Positions 29,044 through 38,841 are shown, counted from the first letter of the stretch. The stretch: 64,000 nt of DNA from Dehalococcoidia bacterium (GCA_050011565.1 JBEKIW010000001.1:128001-192000), one strand, 5' to 3'. The notes: a model not told the origin generated them from the letters alone. Program-made: numbers and translations.

Positions 29044-30978
29044 CTAACCGATTATGGCGAGTACGGCGCCGCCGCTTACTTTGTCGCCGGGCTTGTAACT
29101 TATGGATTTAATCTTGCCCGAGGCTGGAGCCACTATTTCATTTTCCATCTTCATGGCTTCAAGTATAACTATGCCTGCGTTTGTCTTGACGTCATCGCCT
29201 TCTTTTACCAGGTAGCGGACAATTGTGCCCGGTATGGGAGCCAGGACTGCGGTCTCGCCGGCAGCCGCGGCTGCCTTGGCGAGTGCCGGAGCCTCCTTTT
29301 TCTCGGCTCGTGCCGGAGGCGCTTCCGGTTTAGGCGATGGTGCTGCGGGCTGTGGTGGGGCGTAGGCTGGAGGTGGGGCAAAGGCAACCGGTCCACCTGC
29401 AGGCTCGACCTCGACTTTATAATATTCATCGCCGACAAAGACATTGAACGTCCTGGCGGCCGGGCCTTTGGCGGGTGCTTTCGCCTCAGTCTTCTCCATC
29501 AGCTTGCCGACCTTAGCCTGGGCAATGAGCTCATCTTCTCTCTTTACATCTTCCAGAGTCTTGGGTTTGGTTTCCGGTGGTGGCGTTTCCAGGCCGTATT
29601 TCCATTTCAGAAATCGCATACCGGTCTGAGGATAGAGTGCATAAACAAGCACGTCGCCGATGTCTTTCGCAATATCTTTGGTCGCCTCTTTAGCTTTTTC
29701 CAGTTCCGGCTGGAGAATATCCGCCGGCCGCGAGGTTATAGGTTTCTCCCCGCGTTCGTAGCCTTTGAGCACTATTTTTTGTATTTCTTTGTCAATGGAT
29801 GCCGGCGGCTTGCCATACAGGCCGAAGACGTAGTCTTTGACTTCTTTGGATATCATTTTGTATCTGCCGAAGAGGACGTTTTGGACCGCCTGAACGCCCA
29901 CAATCTGGCTGGTGGGAGTGACCAGAGGCGGATAGCCCAGTTCTTTTCTGGTTCGGGGTAACTCGGCATAGACTTCCTGGAGGCGGTTGAGAGCATTAGC
30001 CTCCCTTAACTGGGCAACCATATTGCTGAACATGCCGCCTGGGATTTGATGCCACAGCACACCGGTATCGATAACCGATATCTTGGTGGTGTCCAGGAAA
30101 TCCCTGTATTTAGGTGCGATGGACTCGAAGTATTCGCTCAGTTTGAGCAGGTGCTGCAAATCGAGGCCCGTGTCTCTGGGACCGCCGCTGAGAGCGACCA
30201 CAATTGGCTCTAGTGCCGGGTGTGCGGTACGCAGAGCGAATGGAGCGATGCAGGTATCGATGAAATCGACGCCGGCTTCTATGGCTTTTTGGTAGCTCAT
30301 ATAGGCCATGCCGCTGGTGAAGTGGCTGTGCAGGTTAACCGGTATCTTCAGTGCCTGCTTCAGCGCTTTGATCAGTTCAAAAGCATCATCCGGGGAAATA
30401 AGCCCGGCCATATCCTTAATACACAGGCTATCTGCTCCCATGTCTTGAATGATAAGTGCCTTGTTTACAAAATAATCGATGTTGTATACCGGGCCGCCCA
30501 GCTTGGGTTCTGTAAGCGAATAGCACAAAGAGCCCTGAATATGTTTCTTTTTGTCCTTTATGGCTTTGAAGGCGGTTATGAAGTTTCTTTCGTCATTAAC
30601 GGCATCGAAGACGCGGAAGACATCGATGCCGCAGTCAGCGGCGTGATGAACGAAGGCAGTGACTACATCATCGGCGTAGTTGCGATAGCCGACTAAATTC
30701 TGGCCGCGCAGCAGCATTTGTAATCTGGTATCCGGCATCAACTTTTTTAAGATGCGTATTCTTTCCCACGGGTCTTCATTCAGAAACCGGGTCATGACGT
30801 CGAAGGTGGCGCCGCCCCAGACTTCCATAGACCAGAATCCGGTTTTGTTCATCTCCGGGGCAATTGGCTCCATGTCGGCAGTCCGCATCCTGGTGGCGAA
30901 AAGTGACTGGTGGCCGTCACGCAGGGTAAGGTCGGTAATTTTTAACCGATTTTTGCCGCTTCCCTTGGTTGGGCTCAT
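29044..30978 (-). CDS. Pyruvate/oxaloacetate carboxyltransferase (5S/OadA/PycB type) fused to a biotin carrier (start likely ATG 30978)
   Basis: RDGHQS, WGGATFD, KDMAG, HSH, PPLVTPTSQ, Pro/Ala linker, EAMKM biotinylation site. Confidence 0.92.
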   Translation of the reverse strand: MSPTKGSGKNRLKITDLTLRDGHQSLFATRMRTADMEPIAPEMNKTGFWSMEVWGGATFDVMTRFLNEDPWERIRILKKLMPDTRLQMLLRGQNLVGYRNYADDVVTAFVHHAADCGIDVFRVFDAVNDERNFITAFKAIKDKKKHIQGSLCYSLTEPKLGGPVYNIDYFVNKALIIQDMGADSLCIKDMAGLISPDDAFELIKALKQALKIPVNLHSHFTSGMAYMSYQKAIEAGVDFIDTCIAPFALRTAHPALEPIVVALSGGPRDTGLDLQHLLKLSEYFESIAPKYRDFLDTTKISVIDTGVLWHQIPGGMFSNMVAQLREANALNRLQEVYAELPRTRKELGYPPLVTPTSQIVGVQAVQNVLFGRYKMISKEVKDYVFGLYGKPPASIDKEIQKIVLKGYERGEKPITSRPADILQPELEKAKEATKDIAKDIGDVLVYALYPQTGMRFLKWKYGLETPPPETKPKTLEDVKREDELIAQAKVGKLMEKTEAKAPAKGPAARTFNVFVGDEYYKVEVEPAGGPVAFAPPPAYAPPQPAAPSPKPEAPPARAEKKEAPALAKAAAAAGETAVLAPIPGTIVRYLVKEGDDVKTNAGIVILEAMKMENEIVAPASGKIKSISYKPGDKVSGGAVLAIIG

Positions 30979-31015
30979 ATTTATATCTCCTCTCAATAAG
31001 TGTTGGTCCAATACA

Positions 31016-31201
31016 CTATCGATTGCGTCTGCTGGCCTGCCAGCGGCTTCTGGCTCTAATCAATTCCTGGCGTCCGAAAACCCGCCATGCACTGATTTCA
31101 GGGAGTGGCATGACTCTAGAAAGAAACGCTTTGGCTGGCTCCTCCTGTTCCATATAGGCATTGACTGCCGCCGCGACTGCAACTATAACAGCTTTGTTCA
31201 T
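31016..31201 (-). CDS. Small carboxylase-associated protein (epsilon-like)
   Basis: AVAAAV..Y and SAW...GR motif; lies between the two carboxyltransferase genes. Confidence 0.7.
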   Translation of the reverse strand: MNKAVIVAVAAAVNAYMEQEEPAKAFLSRVMPLPEISAWRVFGRQELIRARSRWQASRRNR

Positions 31202-31213
31202 ATCTATTAATTC

Positions 31214-32764
31214 CTAAAGTGGTATGTTGCCGTGCTTCTTGGGCGGATTGGTATCGGTTTTGTTCCGGAGCATTTCCAGGGCTTTTATCAATTTAGGTCG
31301 TGTGCTTATGGGGTCGATAACGTCGTCAATGTATCCCTTGCTGGCGGCGATATAAGGATTGGCGAACTTATCTCTATATTCGGCAATTAGTTTCTGTCGA
31401 GTCTCCTCCGGCTTTGCCGACTTATCAATGGTGTCTTTGAATATGATGTTTACAGCGCCATCCGGTCCCATTACGGCGATCTCGGCTGTCGGCCAGGCGT
31501 AGTTGATATCACCACGAAGGTTTTTGCTGCTCATGACTATAAAAGCTCCGCCGTAAGCTTTACGTGTGATGACGCTTACCTTGGGTACGGTGGCTTCAGC
31601 ATAGGCATAGAGAAACTTGGCGCCGTGCCTGATAATCCCCCGGTACTCCTGGTCGCTGCCCGGCATGTAACCGGGTACGTCGACGAATGTGACCAGTGGA
31701 ATGTTGAAGCAGTCGCAGAACCGGACAAACCTGGCGCCCTTATCTGCAGCGTCGACATCGATGACGCCGGCATACACTAAAGGCTGTTGGGCGACTACAC
31801 CGACGCTATGCCCGCCCATTCTGGCGAAGCCGACAATGAGGTTTTTGGCAAAATTCTCATGCACCTCCATGAAATCGCCGTTGTCTATTATTTTGAGTAT
31901 GACTTTTTTCATGTCATACGTTTTGTTCGGGTCGTCGGGGATAAGGTGAATAAGTTCCTCATCCGTTCGGTTTGGGTCGTCGCCGGTATCTACGAACGGC
32001 GGGTCATCCAGATTGTTTTGCGGCACAAAGCTCAGCAGCCGGCGCACATCCCTAAGACATTGTTCGTCGTCCCTGGCGACAAAATGGCAATTGCCGCTTT
32101 TGGTAGCGTGTGTCATAGCGCCGCCCAGCTCCTCCAGGCTGATTTCTTCGCCGGTTACTGCCTTGATTACTGCCGGACCCGTGATATACATTTGGCCCGT
32201 GTTCTTTACCATGAAGATGAAGTCGGTTATGGCCGGTGAATAGACAGCGCCGCCGGCACAAGGCCCCATAACCGCCGAAATCTGCGGGATAACGCCTGAG
32301 TAGAGGGTATTGCGCGTAAAGATGTCAGCGTAGCCTACCAGGCTATCTACTCCCTCCTGAATCCGGGCGCCACCCGAATCAAGTAAGCCGATAACAGGTG
32401 CGCCGTTTTTAGCCGCCAGGTCCATGGCCTTGCAGATTTTTTCCGAAGCCACCTTTGACAGCGAGCCGCCGAAAACGGTGAAGTCCTGGGAAAAGACGAA
32501 AGTTGTCCGGCCGTTGATTTTGCCGTAGCCGGTGACTACGGCATCGCCCAGAACTCTCTGCTCATCGACGCCGAAGTCAGTGCAGCGATGGAGGGCAAAC
32601 GGGTCGAGTTCTTCGAAGGTACCCGGGTCGAAAAGTAGCTGAATGCGTTCTCTGGCGGTAAGCTTGCCTTTCTTGTGCTGGGCTTCAGTGCGCTGAGCGC
32701 CGCCGGCAGCTAGCGACTGTTCTCTTAGTTTGTTTAATTCGGTGATTTTTTGCTCAGTTCCCAT
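31214..32764 (-). CDS. Acyl-CoA carboxyltransferase (methylmalonyl-CoA transcarboxylase 12S / PccB type)
   Basis: GKLTARERI, GGARIQEG, DVPG, RKAYGGA, KKHGNIPL. Confidence 0.95.
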   Translation of the reverse strand: MGTEQKITELNKLREQSLAAGGAQRTEAQHKKGKLTARERIQLLFDPGTFEELDPFALHRCTDFGVDEQRVLGDAVVTGYGKINGRTTFVFSQDFTVFGGSLSKVASEKICKAMDLAAKNGAPVIGLLDSGGARIQEGVDSLVGYADIFTRNTLYSGVIPQISAVMGPCAGGAVYSPAITDFIFMVKNTGQMYITGPAVIKAVTGEEISLEELGGAMTHATKSGNCHFVARDDEQCLRDVRRLLSFVPQNNLDDPPFVDTGDDPNRTDEELIHLIPDDPNKTYDMKKVILKIIDNGDFMEVHENFAKNLIVGFARMGGHSVGVVAQQPLVYAGVIDVDAADKGARFVRFCDCFNIPLVTFVDVPGYMPGSDQEYRGIIRHGAKFLYAYAEATVPKVSVITRKAYGGAFIVMSSKNLRGDINYAWPTAEIAVMGPDGAVNIIFKDTIDKSAKPEETRQKLIAEYRDKFANPYIAASKGYIDDVIDPISTRPKLIKALEMLRNKTDTNPPKKHGNIPL

Positions 32765-32907
32765 GCGCCTGCCCTTCCATCAAGCCGGTATATGGGGATT
32801 TGCTTGATACGATTACTAGCAGATAGCATTGTAACATATTTCGCCGAATATTGAATAGAGTATGAGGTAGATTGGAGCAACAGTCCCAATCGTTAATCCC
32901 CACCGCC

Positions 32908-33035
32908 GAGATTCTTCGACAAGCTCAGAATGAGCGGAACGAAGAGCTCGCAATGACAGCTAGGGAAAGCTCGCAAAGACAATTCCATCTGTCATCGCGA
33001 GGAGCCCTTCCGCTGGAGGGCGACGTGGCGATCTC
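32908..33035. repeat. Composite REP-like repeat (TTCGACAAGCTCAGAATGAGCGG unit, CTCGCAATGACA end, TGTCATCGCGAG unit)
   Basis: 28 nt identity with 1930-1957; ends shared with the 5346 and 43733 elements. Confidence 0.82.
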
Positions 33036-33083
33036 ATCCTTTAATTACATAACATTTGCCTCGCGTGGTAGAATAATGACCTG

Positions 33084-33962
33084 ATGACTGACAGGGTGAG
33101 CAAAGCTTCATTAATAGATTGGCGAAAGGCCAGGGGTGGTCCGTCTCCGGGTGTCACCCATTGCGGAAAAACGACTTTCAGTTGGGGAGAGCGGACCTAT
33201 ATCATGGGCGTTATCAATGTCTCTCCCGATTCCTTCTCCGGCGACGGCCTGGCCAGCGTCGCTGCTGCAGTGGCGCAAGCTGAGCGCTTTGCCGCTGAAG
33301 GTGTCGACATACTCGACGTCGGTGGCGAATCTACCCGCCCGAATTCAGCTCCGATAACAGTTGATGAAGAGTTGCGGCGGGTGATACCGGTACTGGAACG
33401 GTTGGCCGGCAAGGTGAAGGTGTCTCTTAGTGTCGATACCTACAAGTTGGAGGTCGCCCGTCGGGCCCTGGATGCAGGTGCTGAAATGTTAAACGATATA
33501 TGGGGACTGAAGCAGGAGCCGCGGTTGGCTGAGCTAGCAGCAGAGAGAGGCGTGCCCATAATACTGATGAGCAATCAGCGGGATAAGCCCGTGCGGAGTA
33601 TCGTTCCAGCGGTTATTTCTGATTTGAAAAAGGCTATAGACCTGGCGCTGAAAGCCGGTGTGCCCTGGGAAAATATCATCATCGACCCGGGCATCGGCTT
33701 CGGCAAGAGGCTGGAGCAGAACCTCGAGCTGGTACGGCGATTGGATGAGCTTAAGGCGCTGGGCAGGCCTGTACTTTTAGGTACGTCGCGTAAATCGATG
33801 ATAGGGCTGGTATTAAACTTGCCTCCGGAGCAGCGTCTGGAGGGGACGGCGGCCAGCATCGCCATAGGTATCGCTAAGGGTGCGGATATAGTCCGGGTGC
33901 ATGACGTGAAAGAGATGATGCGCGTATGTCGCATGAGCGACGCCATCGTCAGGGGCAAATAA
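33084..33962 (+). CDS. folP: Dihydropteroate synthase
   Basis: MGVINVSPDSFS, GGESTRP, DPGIGFGK, SRKS, RVHDV. Confidence 0.96.
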   Translation: MTDRVSKASLIDWRKARGGPSPGVTHCGKTTFSWGERTYIMGVINVSPDSFSGDGLASVAAAVAQAERFAAEGVDILDVGGESTRPNSAPITVDEELRRVIPVLERLAGKVKVSLSVDTYKLEVARRALDAGAEMLNDIWGLKQEPRLAELAAERGVPIILMSNQRDKPVRSIVPAVISDLKKAIDLALKAGVPWENIIIDPGIGFGKRLEQNLELVRRLDELKALGRPVLLGTSRKSMIGLVLNLPPEQRLEGTAASIAIGIAKGADIVRVHDVKEMMRVCRMSDAIVRGK

Positions 33963-33964
33963 AG

Positions 33965-34489
33965 ATGGCGACTGTCTATCTCGGTCTCGGCTCCAACCTG
34001 GGCGGCAGGAAGCAGAACCTGTCTCAAGCTCTGGAATTGCTGTCAAAACGTGCGGTGATTGAGAAAGTCTCCTCTATTTATGAGACTGAGCCTGTTGGCT
34101 ACAAGGAGCAGCCACTTTTCCTGAATGCCGTTTGCCGAATCTCTACCGAGCTGAAGCCCGGGCGGCTACTGCTTCTGGCTAAGAACATCGAAGCTAAATT
34201 AGGCAGGACGAGCGGCTTTCCCAATGCTCCCAGGATAATCGATATAGACATACTTTTCTACGGCAATGAGGTTTTCAGCAGTGAGGAATTGACGGTGCCC
34301 CATCCTCGCCTGGCGGAGCGGGCTTTCATGCTGGTGCCGCTGGCTGAAATCGCCCCGGACCTGGTCCATCCGGTCAATGGGAAAACAGCAAAAGAGCTGT
34401 TGAATGACTTGGGAGCTGTGACCGGTGTGCGTAAGTGGGCTAATGCTGAAGAGATTATGAGGAGGCAAGATGTATCAAGTATCCGTTGA
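33965..34489 (+). CDS. folK: 6-hydroxymethyl-7,8-dihydropterin pyrophosphokinase (start ATG 33965)
   Basis: YLGLGSNLG, YETEP, FLNAV, PRIIDIDIL, PHPR..ERAF. Confidence 0.95.
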   Translation: MATVYLGLGSNLGGRKQNLSQALELLSKRAVIEKVSSIYETEPVGYKEQPLFLNAVCRISTELKPGRLLLLAKNIEAKLGRTSGFPNAPRIIDIDILFYGNEVFSSEELTVPHPRLAERAFMLVPLAEIAPDLVHPVNGKTAKELLNDLGAVTGVRKWANAEEIMRRQDVSSIR

Positions 34490-34838
34490 AGGGCATTTCG
34501 ATGCCGCCCATTATCTCAGGGACTATGGCGGCAAGTGTGAGAATCTGCACGGTCATCGATTTAAGGTGGTGGTCAGCTTGAATGTGCCCAGGCTAAATAA
34601 AATCGGCCTGGCTTATGATTTTACGGAGCTGAAGCGGCATCTGGGTGAGGTCCTGGCTCGGTTCGACCACACCTCACTCAACGATGTGCCGCCGTTCGAT
34701 AAAGTAAACCCGTCTTCGGAAAATATTGCGGCGACAATCTACGAGCAGCTAAAAGGACGTTTCTCCGGAGGGGTAACGCTGTCAAGCGTTGAGGTCTGGG
34801 AATCACCCGAAAGCCGGGTGGCTTACAGCCCTGAGTAA
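34470..34838 (+). CDS. COG0720 PTPS/QueD family protein with CExLHGH (dual PTPS-I/III) motif
   Basis: FDAAH, CENLHGH, SSENIA, VWES motifs; coupled to folK. Confidence 0.9.
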   Translation: MYQVSVEGHFDAAHYLRDYGGKCENLHGHRFKVVVSLNVPRLNKIGLAYDFTELKRHLGEVLARFDHTSLNDVPPFDKVNPSSENIAATIYEQLKGRFSGGVTLSSVEVWESPESRVAYSPE

Positions 34839-35027
34839 TTAGGTTTCCAGATTTGGTGGCAGCAGGTTGGGTATGCTTTCCGTGATGGGGTAACTGTGGT
34901 TACATTTTTTACAGAACAGAGAGCCGGTTACTACCTCGCCCTCTTTTTCATCGGTTACTTTCAGTTTAAGCGAGCCCTTGCACACCGGACAGGCCAGTAT
35001 ATCCATCAACTCTTTTTTCATCGGCAT
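34839..35027 (-). CDS. Trm112-like protein
   Basis: ILACPVCKG...C..C...YPI...IPNLL. Confidence 0.88.
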   Translation of the reverse strand: MPMKKELMDILACPVCKGSLKLKVTDEKEGEVVTGSLFCKKCNHSYPITESIPNLLPPNLET

Positions 35028-35062
35028 TTATCCTACTTTAATTGGAGGTAATCTGTCAATTA

Positions 35063-35170
35063 AAAATCCCTCTCAATCTCCCTTTACGAAAGGGAGAAAC
35101 TTATTTCCCCCTTTGAAAAAGGCACGTCCGTAAATCTCCCCCTTAGAAAAAGGGGGATTAAGGGGGATTT
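35063..35170. repeat. Palindromic repeat cluster (AATCCCTCTCAATCTCCCTTT..AAAGGGAGA; CCCCCTT..AAGGGGGATTAAGGGGGATTT)
   Basis: First unit recurs at 41857-41890 and inverted at ~62777-62810. Confidence 0.85.
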
Positions 35171-35200
35171 CTATAAACCAATCCCCGAATCCCAAGACAT

Positions 35201-35240
35201 TTTTTACTTTTTACTTGTACTTTTGACTTTTGGCTTTTAA
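35201..35240. repeat. T-rich heptamer-like tandem repeat (ACTTTTG/GCTTTT)
   Basis: Reverse complement resembles 41762-41808. Confidence 0.7.
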
Positions 35241-35317
35241 CGTTTAACATATAGGGGGTTGCTACACTTAACCTACTGCGATAGACTTATAGTACTTATA
35301 GTAATGAGGGGTGGTTT

Positions 35318-36907
35318 ATGGTCCGGCTGACATTTTACGGCGGCATCAACGAAATCGGCGGCAACAAAATCCTGCTCGAAGACGGGGAGCGAAAGCTGTT
35401 CCTGGATTTCGGCTTTCCTTACAAGCGGCACAAACAATTCTACGAGGAATACCTGAAGCCTCGCGGCGGTGCCGGCTTGCTTGACCCATTGGCAATGGGC
35501 TTGCTGCCGCCGTTGGAGGGACTTTATCGGGATGACCTGGCTACGCCGGGTCTCTGGGAGCAGTTCCGAAATGCTCCTTCCTATCGTAAACTTGAGCAGT
35601 TGGACGGCATGCTGCTGTCCCATGCCCATCTTGACCACTCAGGTCATATCGCTTTTCTCAGGTATGACATCCCGGTCTATTCCACTGCAACTACTGCCTT
35701 TATTGCCAAGGCAGTGCAGGATTCAGGTAAAGCGGACTTCGACCAGCAGGTATGTTATTTCGACCATAAACAACCAGGGCGTCCCTCTGGCTGGAAACAG
35801 GAGGCGCTACTCACCACTGATAAGAAGCAGCAGCGGCAGTTTTGCCTTGCCGACGCCGAGCTAAAAGCTTTAAGCGAAGATGCAGTTAAATTCTGGCTTA
35901 AATCTCCGGGTCAAAAACCGCTTATTTCCTGTTCCCTGAACAGTCACAGTGGCTGCAGCTTGAAGCTACGCTATTTTCCCGTTGACCACTCCATCCCCGG
36001 TGCCTGTGCCTGGGGCATCGAGACCAGCTCCGGCTGGATTATCTACAGTGGTGACCTGCGGCTGCATGGCAAGCGTGGTGAACTTACCAGGAAATTCATC
36101 GAAGAGGCCGGCAAATTGCGTCCCAGGGCGCTTATACTGGAGGGCACTAATGTGACCCGCGAAACGAATGTGGCTGAGCGCGAGGTGTATGAAAATGGTT
36201 TCAAGGCAATAAAAAATGCTACCGGCCTGGTTATTGCCGACTTTCCTCCGAGGGACGTGCACCGCCTGCTTACCTTCTTGCAGGTTGCTAGGGATACCGG
36301 CAGGAAGCTGGCTATACTGCCCAGAGACGCTTATTTATTAAAGACCATGCGTCTGCTGGAGCCGGAAATTCCTGCTATTGCTCAGGAGGATAGCATCGTC
36401 ATATATCAGGACACCATTGCCAGCAAGAGCCCCAACCAGTGGGTGCAGAACCTGTGCAAAGAGTACGGCAGTAAGATGATTCTGGCTGAAGATGTGCGTT
36501 CGGCAGAGGACAAATTTATACTATGTTTCAGCTTCTTTGACATAAATGAATTGCCCAGCCTTCGTCCCAAGCCGGGCAGCCTGTATGTTTTCAGCTCCAG
36601 CGAACCTCACGATGAGGAACAGGAGATAGACTTCCGCCGCCTGCATAGCTGGCTGGAGCACTTTGGGCTTCGAGGTTTCGGTCTTCCTGTTGAGAAGGGC
36701 GATGAATGGGAAATACCCGAAGATGAGAGAGGGTTACATGCCTCCGGCCATGCCTGCGGTCCCGACCTGCTTGAGGTGGCTCGAGGCATAAAACCCGAAG
36801 TCCTCATCCCTGTCCACAGCGAGCATCCCGATTTCTACACTGCCAACTTGAGCGGCAGCGGAATTGATATAGTTCTGCCGGCAGTGGGCGGAATAATCGA
36901 AGTTTAA
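35318..36907 (+). CDS. MBL-fold beta-CASP hydrolase, RNase J-like (archaeal-type)
   Basis: GGINEIGGNK, LDFG, SHAHLDH, VDHS, YSGDLR, HASGH, IPVH. Confidence 0.85.
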   Translation: MVRLTFYGGINEIGGNKILLEDGERKLFLDFGFPYKRHKQFYEEYLKPRGGAGLLDPLAMGLLPPLEGLYRDDLATPGLWEQFRNAPSYRKLEQLDGMLLSHAHLDHSGHIAFLRYDIPVYSTATTAFIAKAVQDSGKADFDQQVCYFDHKQPGRPSGWKQEALLTTDKKQQRQFCLADAELKALSEDAVKFWLKSPGQKPLISCSLNSHSGCSLKLRYFPVDHSIPGACAWGIETSSGWIIYSGDLRLHGKRGELTRKFIEEAGKLRPRALILEGTNVTRETNVAEREVYENGFKAIKNATGLVIADFPPRDVHRLLTFLQVARDTGRKLAILPRDAYLLKTMRLLEPEIPAIAQEDSIVIYQDTIASKSPNQWVQNLCKEYGSKMILAEDVRSAEDKFILCFSFFDINELPSLRPKPGSLYVFSSSEPHDEEQEIDFRRLHSWLEHFGLRGFGLPVEKGDEWEIPEDERGLHASGHACGPDLLEVARGIKPEVLIPVHSEHPDFYTANLSGSGIDIVLPAVGGIIEV

Positions 36908-36976
36908 AATTGAAATATATAATTTTGGCTTTTTCTTCTATGATAACAGCTATGAATATGCAAGGAGATAGATATC

Positions 36977-37849
36977 ATGATTAATCGCGAATCTTGGGAA
37001 GGATGCATAGAATCTTTGGATGGTTTTAAATGTCTGTTTGATTACTTCAGCGAGAGCGAGTATGAATCCGGATGGATCTTTCGAGGACAATTTATCCACT
37101 GGGATTTGAATACGACCCTGGAACGAGCCTGTAAAGATTCTGGTTTAACGGATGCTAATGACGGTCAAAAAATAGAAGAAAACCTGATTCGTGAATTTGA
37201 AAGAGTATATGACGGAAATGATCGAGACAGAGTTGAAAGAGATAAACTATATGCACTTTCTATTATGAGACACTATGGCGCGCCAACCCGTCTTCTGGAT
37301 TTTACCTATTCTAAATATGTAGGCCTCTACTTTGCTTTGGAATACGCGTTGGACAATAAACAACAAAATAAAGATAGGAACTGCGCTATTTGGTGTATTA
37401 ATACGAAATGGTTAAGTGATGCGACTCATAAGATATCTCCGAAAATTACTAAACTGATACGTAAACGTGGGGAGGATGAAACAAGAGATAATGATTCATT
37501 TAAGCGACTTTATTTGAATAATAAATTCGACTTTGTGGGATGGGAGAATCCTTTAAGACTTCATCAACGGCTTCACATACAGCAGGGAGTGTTTCTATGT
37601 CCCGGTAATGTTAAGAAATCATTTATGGAGAATCTCAAAAACCTTAAGGGATGGAACGAAAAAGAGGCAATAAAGAAAGTAATATGCCGAATGAGCTTAG
37701 AGGATTTACATCGCGCTATCAATGAGTGCAAGAGAATGAATATATCACGTGAAAGCCTTTTCCCTGGGCTTGACGGTTTTGCACAGTCCATGAAATACCA
37801 CCTCGATTTTTATAAATACACATATGAGGAAAGAATTGCCTCCATATAA
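36977..37849 (+). CDS. FRG domain-containing protein
   Basis: WIFRGQ, RHYGAPTRLLDFT, LYFA, R...QQGVF, ESLFPGLDG; AT-rich relative to flanks. Confidence 0.9.
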   Translation: MINRESWEGCIESLDGFKCLFDYFSESEYESGWIFRGQFIHWDLNTTLERACKDSGLTDANDGQKIEENLIREFERVYDGNDRDRVERDKLYALSIMRHYGAPTRLLDFTYSKYVGLYFALEYALDNKQQNKDRNCAIWCINTKWLSDATHKISPKITKLIRKRGEDETRDNDSFKRLYLNNKFDFVGWENPLRLHQRLHIQQGVFLCPGNVKKSFMENLKNLKGWNEKEAIKKVICRMSLEDLHRAINECKRMNISRESLFPGLDGFAQSMKYHLDFYKYTYEERIASI

Positions 37850-37965
37850 TTACAACGGGCCAGTATTTATTATTGTTCTTTAACGTCTTCAGAACAGAAC
37901 GATATTTTGTTTACTTCACAACGCCGGTCACATTTAATTGTTAGATTAAATTTTGCGGTGATTGC

Positions 37966-38040
37966 TCATGCCAGCTTGATATCGTAGCTGGCGGCGGCTT
38001 CCTTGATGAATTGGAGGAGTATGCTGCCGCGCGGGTCGCT
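37966..38040 (-). pseudogene. Displaced, diverged copy of the 3' end of the mscS-like gene
   Basis: Translates SDPRGSILLQFIKEAAASYDIKLA* versus NDLRSSILLQFLKEAKTSSDIKLA* at 40727-40801 (17 of 24 aa identical). Confidence 0.85.
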
Positions 38041-38094
38041 CCAGCCATTTCAAGGTTGACCGGGAAAATGCTTAAGCTGACTGGGAAATAGGTT

Positions 38095-38823
38095 TTACCA
38101 GATAAGCGGGATTAGCCTGTATTTCACTTTCTGCGTATACTCCCTGTAACTTGGCAATTCTTTCTGCAATGTACGGTCTTCCAGCGCTGTGCGGATTACT
38201 ATTATTAGAATCAATACGGAGTTTGGCAGAAAGCCCCACCATGAACCTAAGATAAATGGATAGGCTAATAAAGACATAATCAACCCGGCATACCCCGGAT
38301 GTCTAATTATCCCGTAGGGGCCGGTGGTGCAAACATACTGGCCCCTGTCATTTTGGATGCGCACTGTCCACTCGAAGAATTTATTGACCGCCATGGCCCA
38401 GAGGGCAACCGGAGCCACAGATACAAATATAAATATGCCTGCGAAGGTCAACCAGAATGGCATTACCGACCATTGGTAGCGTACGGCATCAAATCCCATT
38501 ATGACCAGGTTGCCGAAGGTAAACACCGGAAAAATAGGTATCCATACCTTATCAAACGTCTTTGTTCCTGCCTTAGTGACGGTGCCGCGTTCATTCAGGA
38601 GCTGCGGATTCACCCTGGCTAATACTACCGTGCTTACTACCTGGTAAATTGAAACCAGGCCTACGTATATCCAGGCATTTATCCAGGCAAGGGTACCCGC
38701 TGATATAAATAAAACTATCAAGCCAAGGACAATTAGAATTGATTGTACTGCGATGCCTCTAATGCCGACGCGATTCAGACCTGCACTTTGTTTATTTGAG
38801 TTTTGTGTTGCTGAATCAGGCAT
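38095..38823 (-). CDS. Isoprenylcysteine carboxylmethyltransferase (ICMT/STE14) family membrane protein
   Basis: NKFF...VRIQ.DRGQ.V...GPY..IRHPGY, RTALED..L..EL..Y..Y. Confidence 0.9.
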   Translation of the reverse strand: MPDSATQNSNKQSAGLNRVGIRGIAVQSILIVLGLIVLFISAGTLAWINAWIYVGLVSIYQVVSTVVLARVNPQLLNERGTVTKAGTKTFDKVWIPIFPVFTFGNLVIMGFDAVRYQWSVMPFWLTFAGIFIFVSVAPVALWAMAVNKFFEWTVRIQNDRGQYVCTTGPYGIIRHPGYAGLIMSLLAYPFILGSWWGFLPNSVLILIIVIRTALEDRTLQKELPSYREYTQKVKYRLIPLIW

Positions 38824-38841
38824 TATATTCTTTCCACAGCC

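Noticed and set aside
29044-32764. Na+-pumping oxaloacetate or methylmalonyl-CoA decarboxylase
   Set aside because: No membrane beta subunit gene in the cluster; transcarboxylase fits better, though a distant beta gene cannot be excluded.
37850-37946. Integron attC site after the FRG gene (GTTAGAT at 37940)
   Set aside because: No complementary RYYYAAC inverse core or paired L boxes found, and no integrase.
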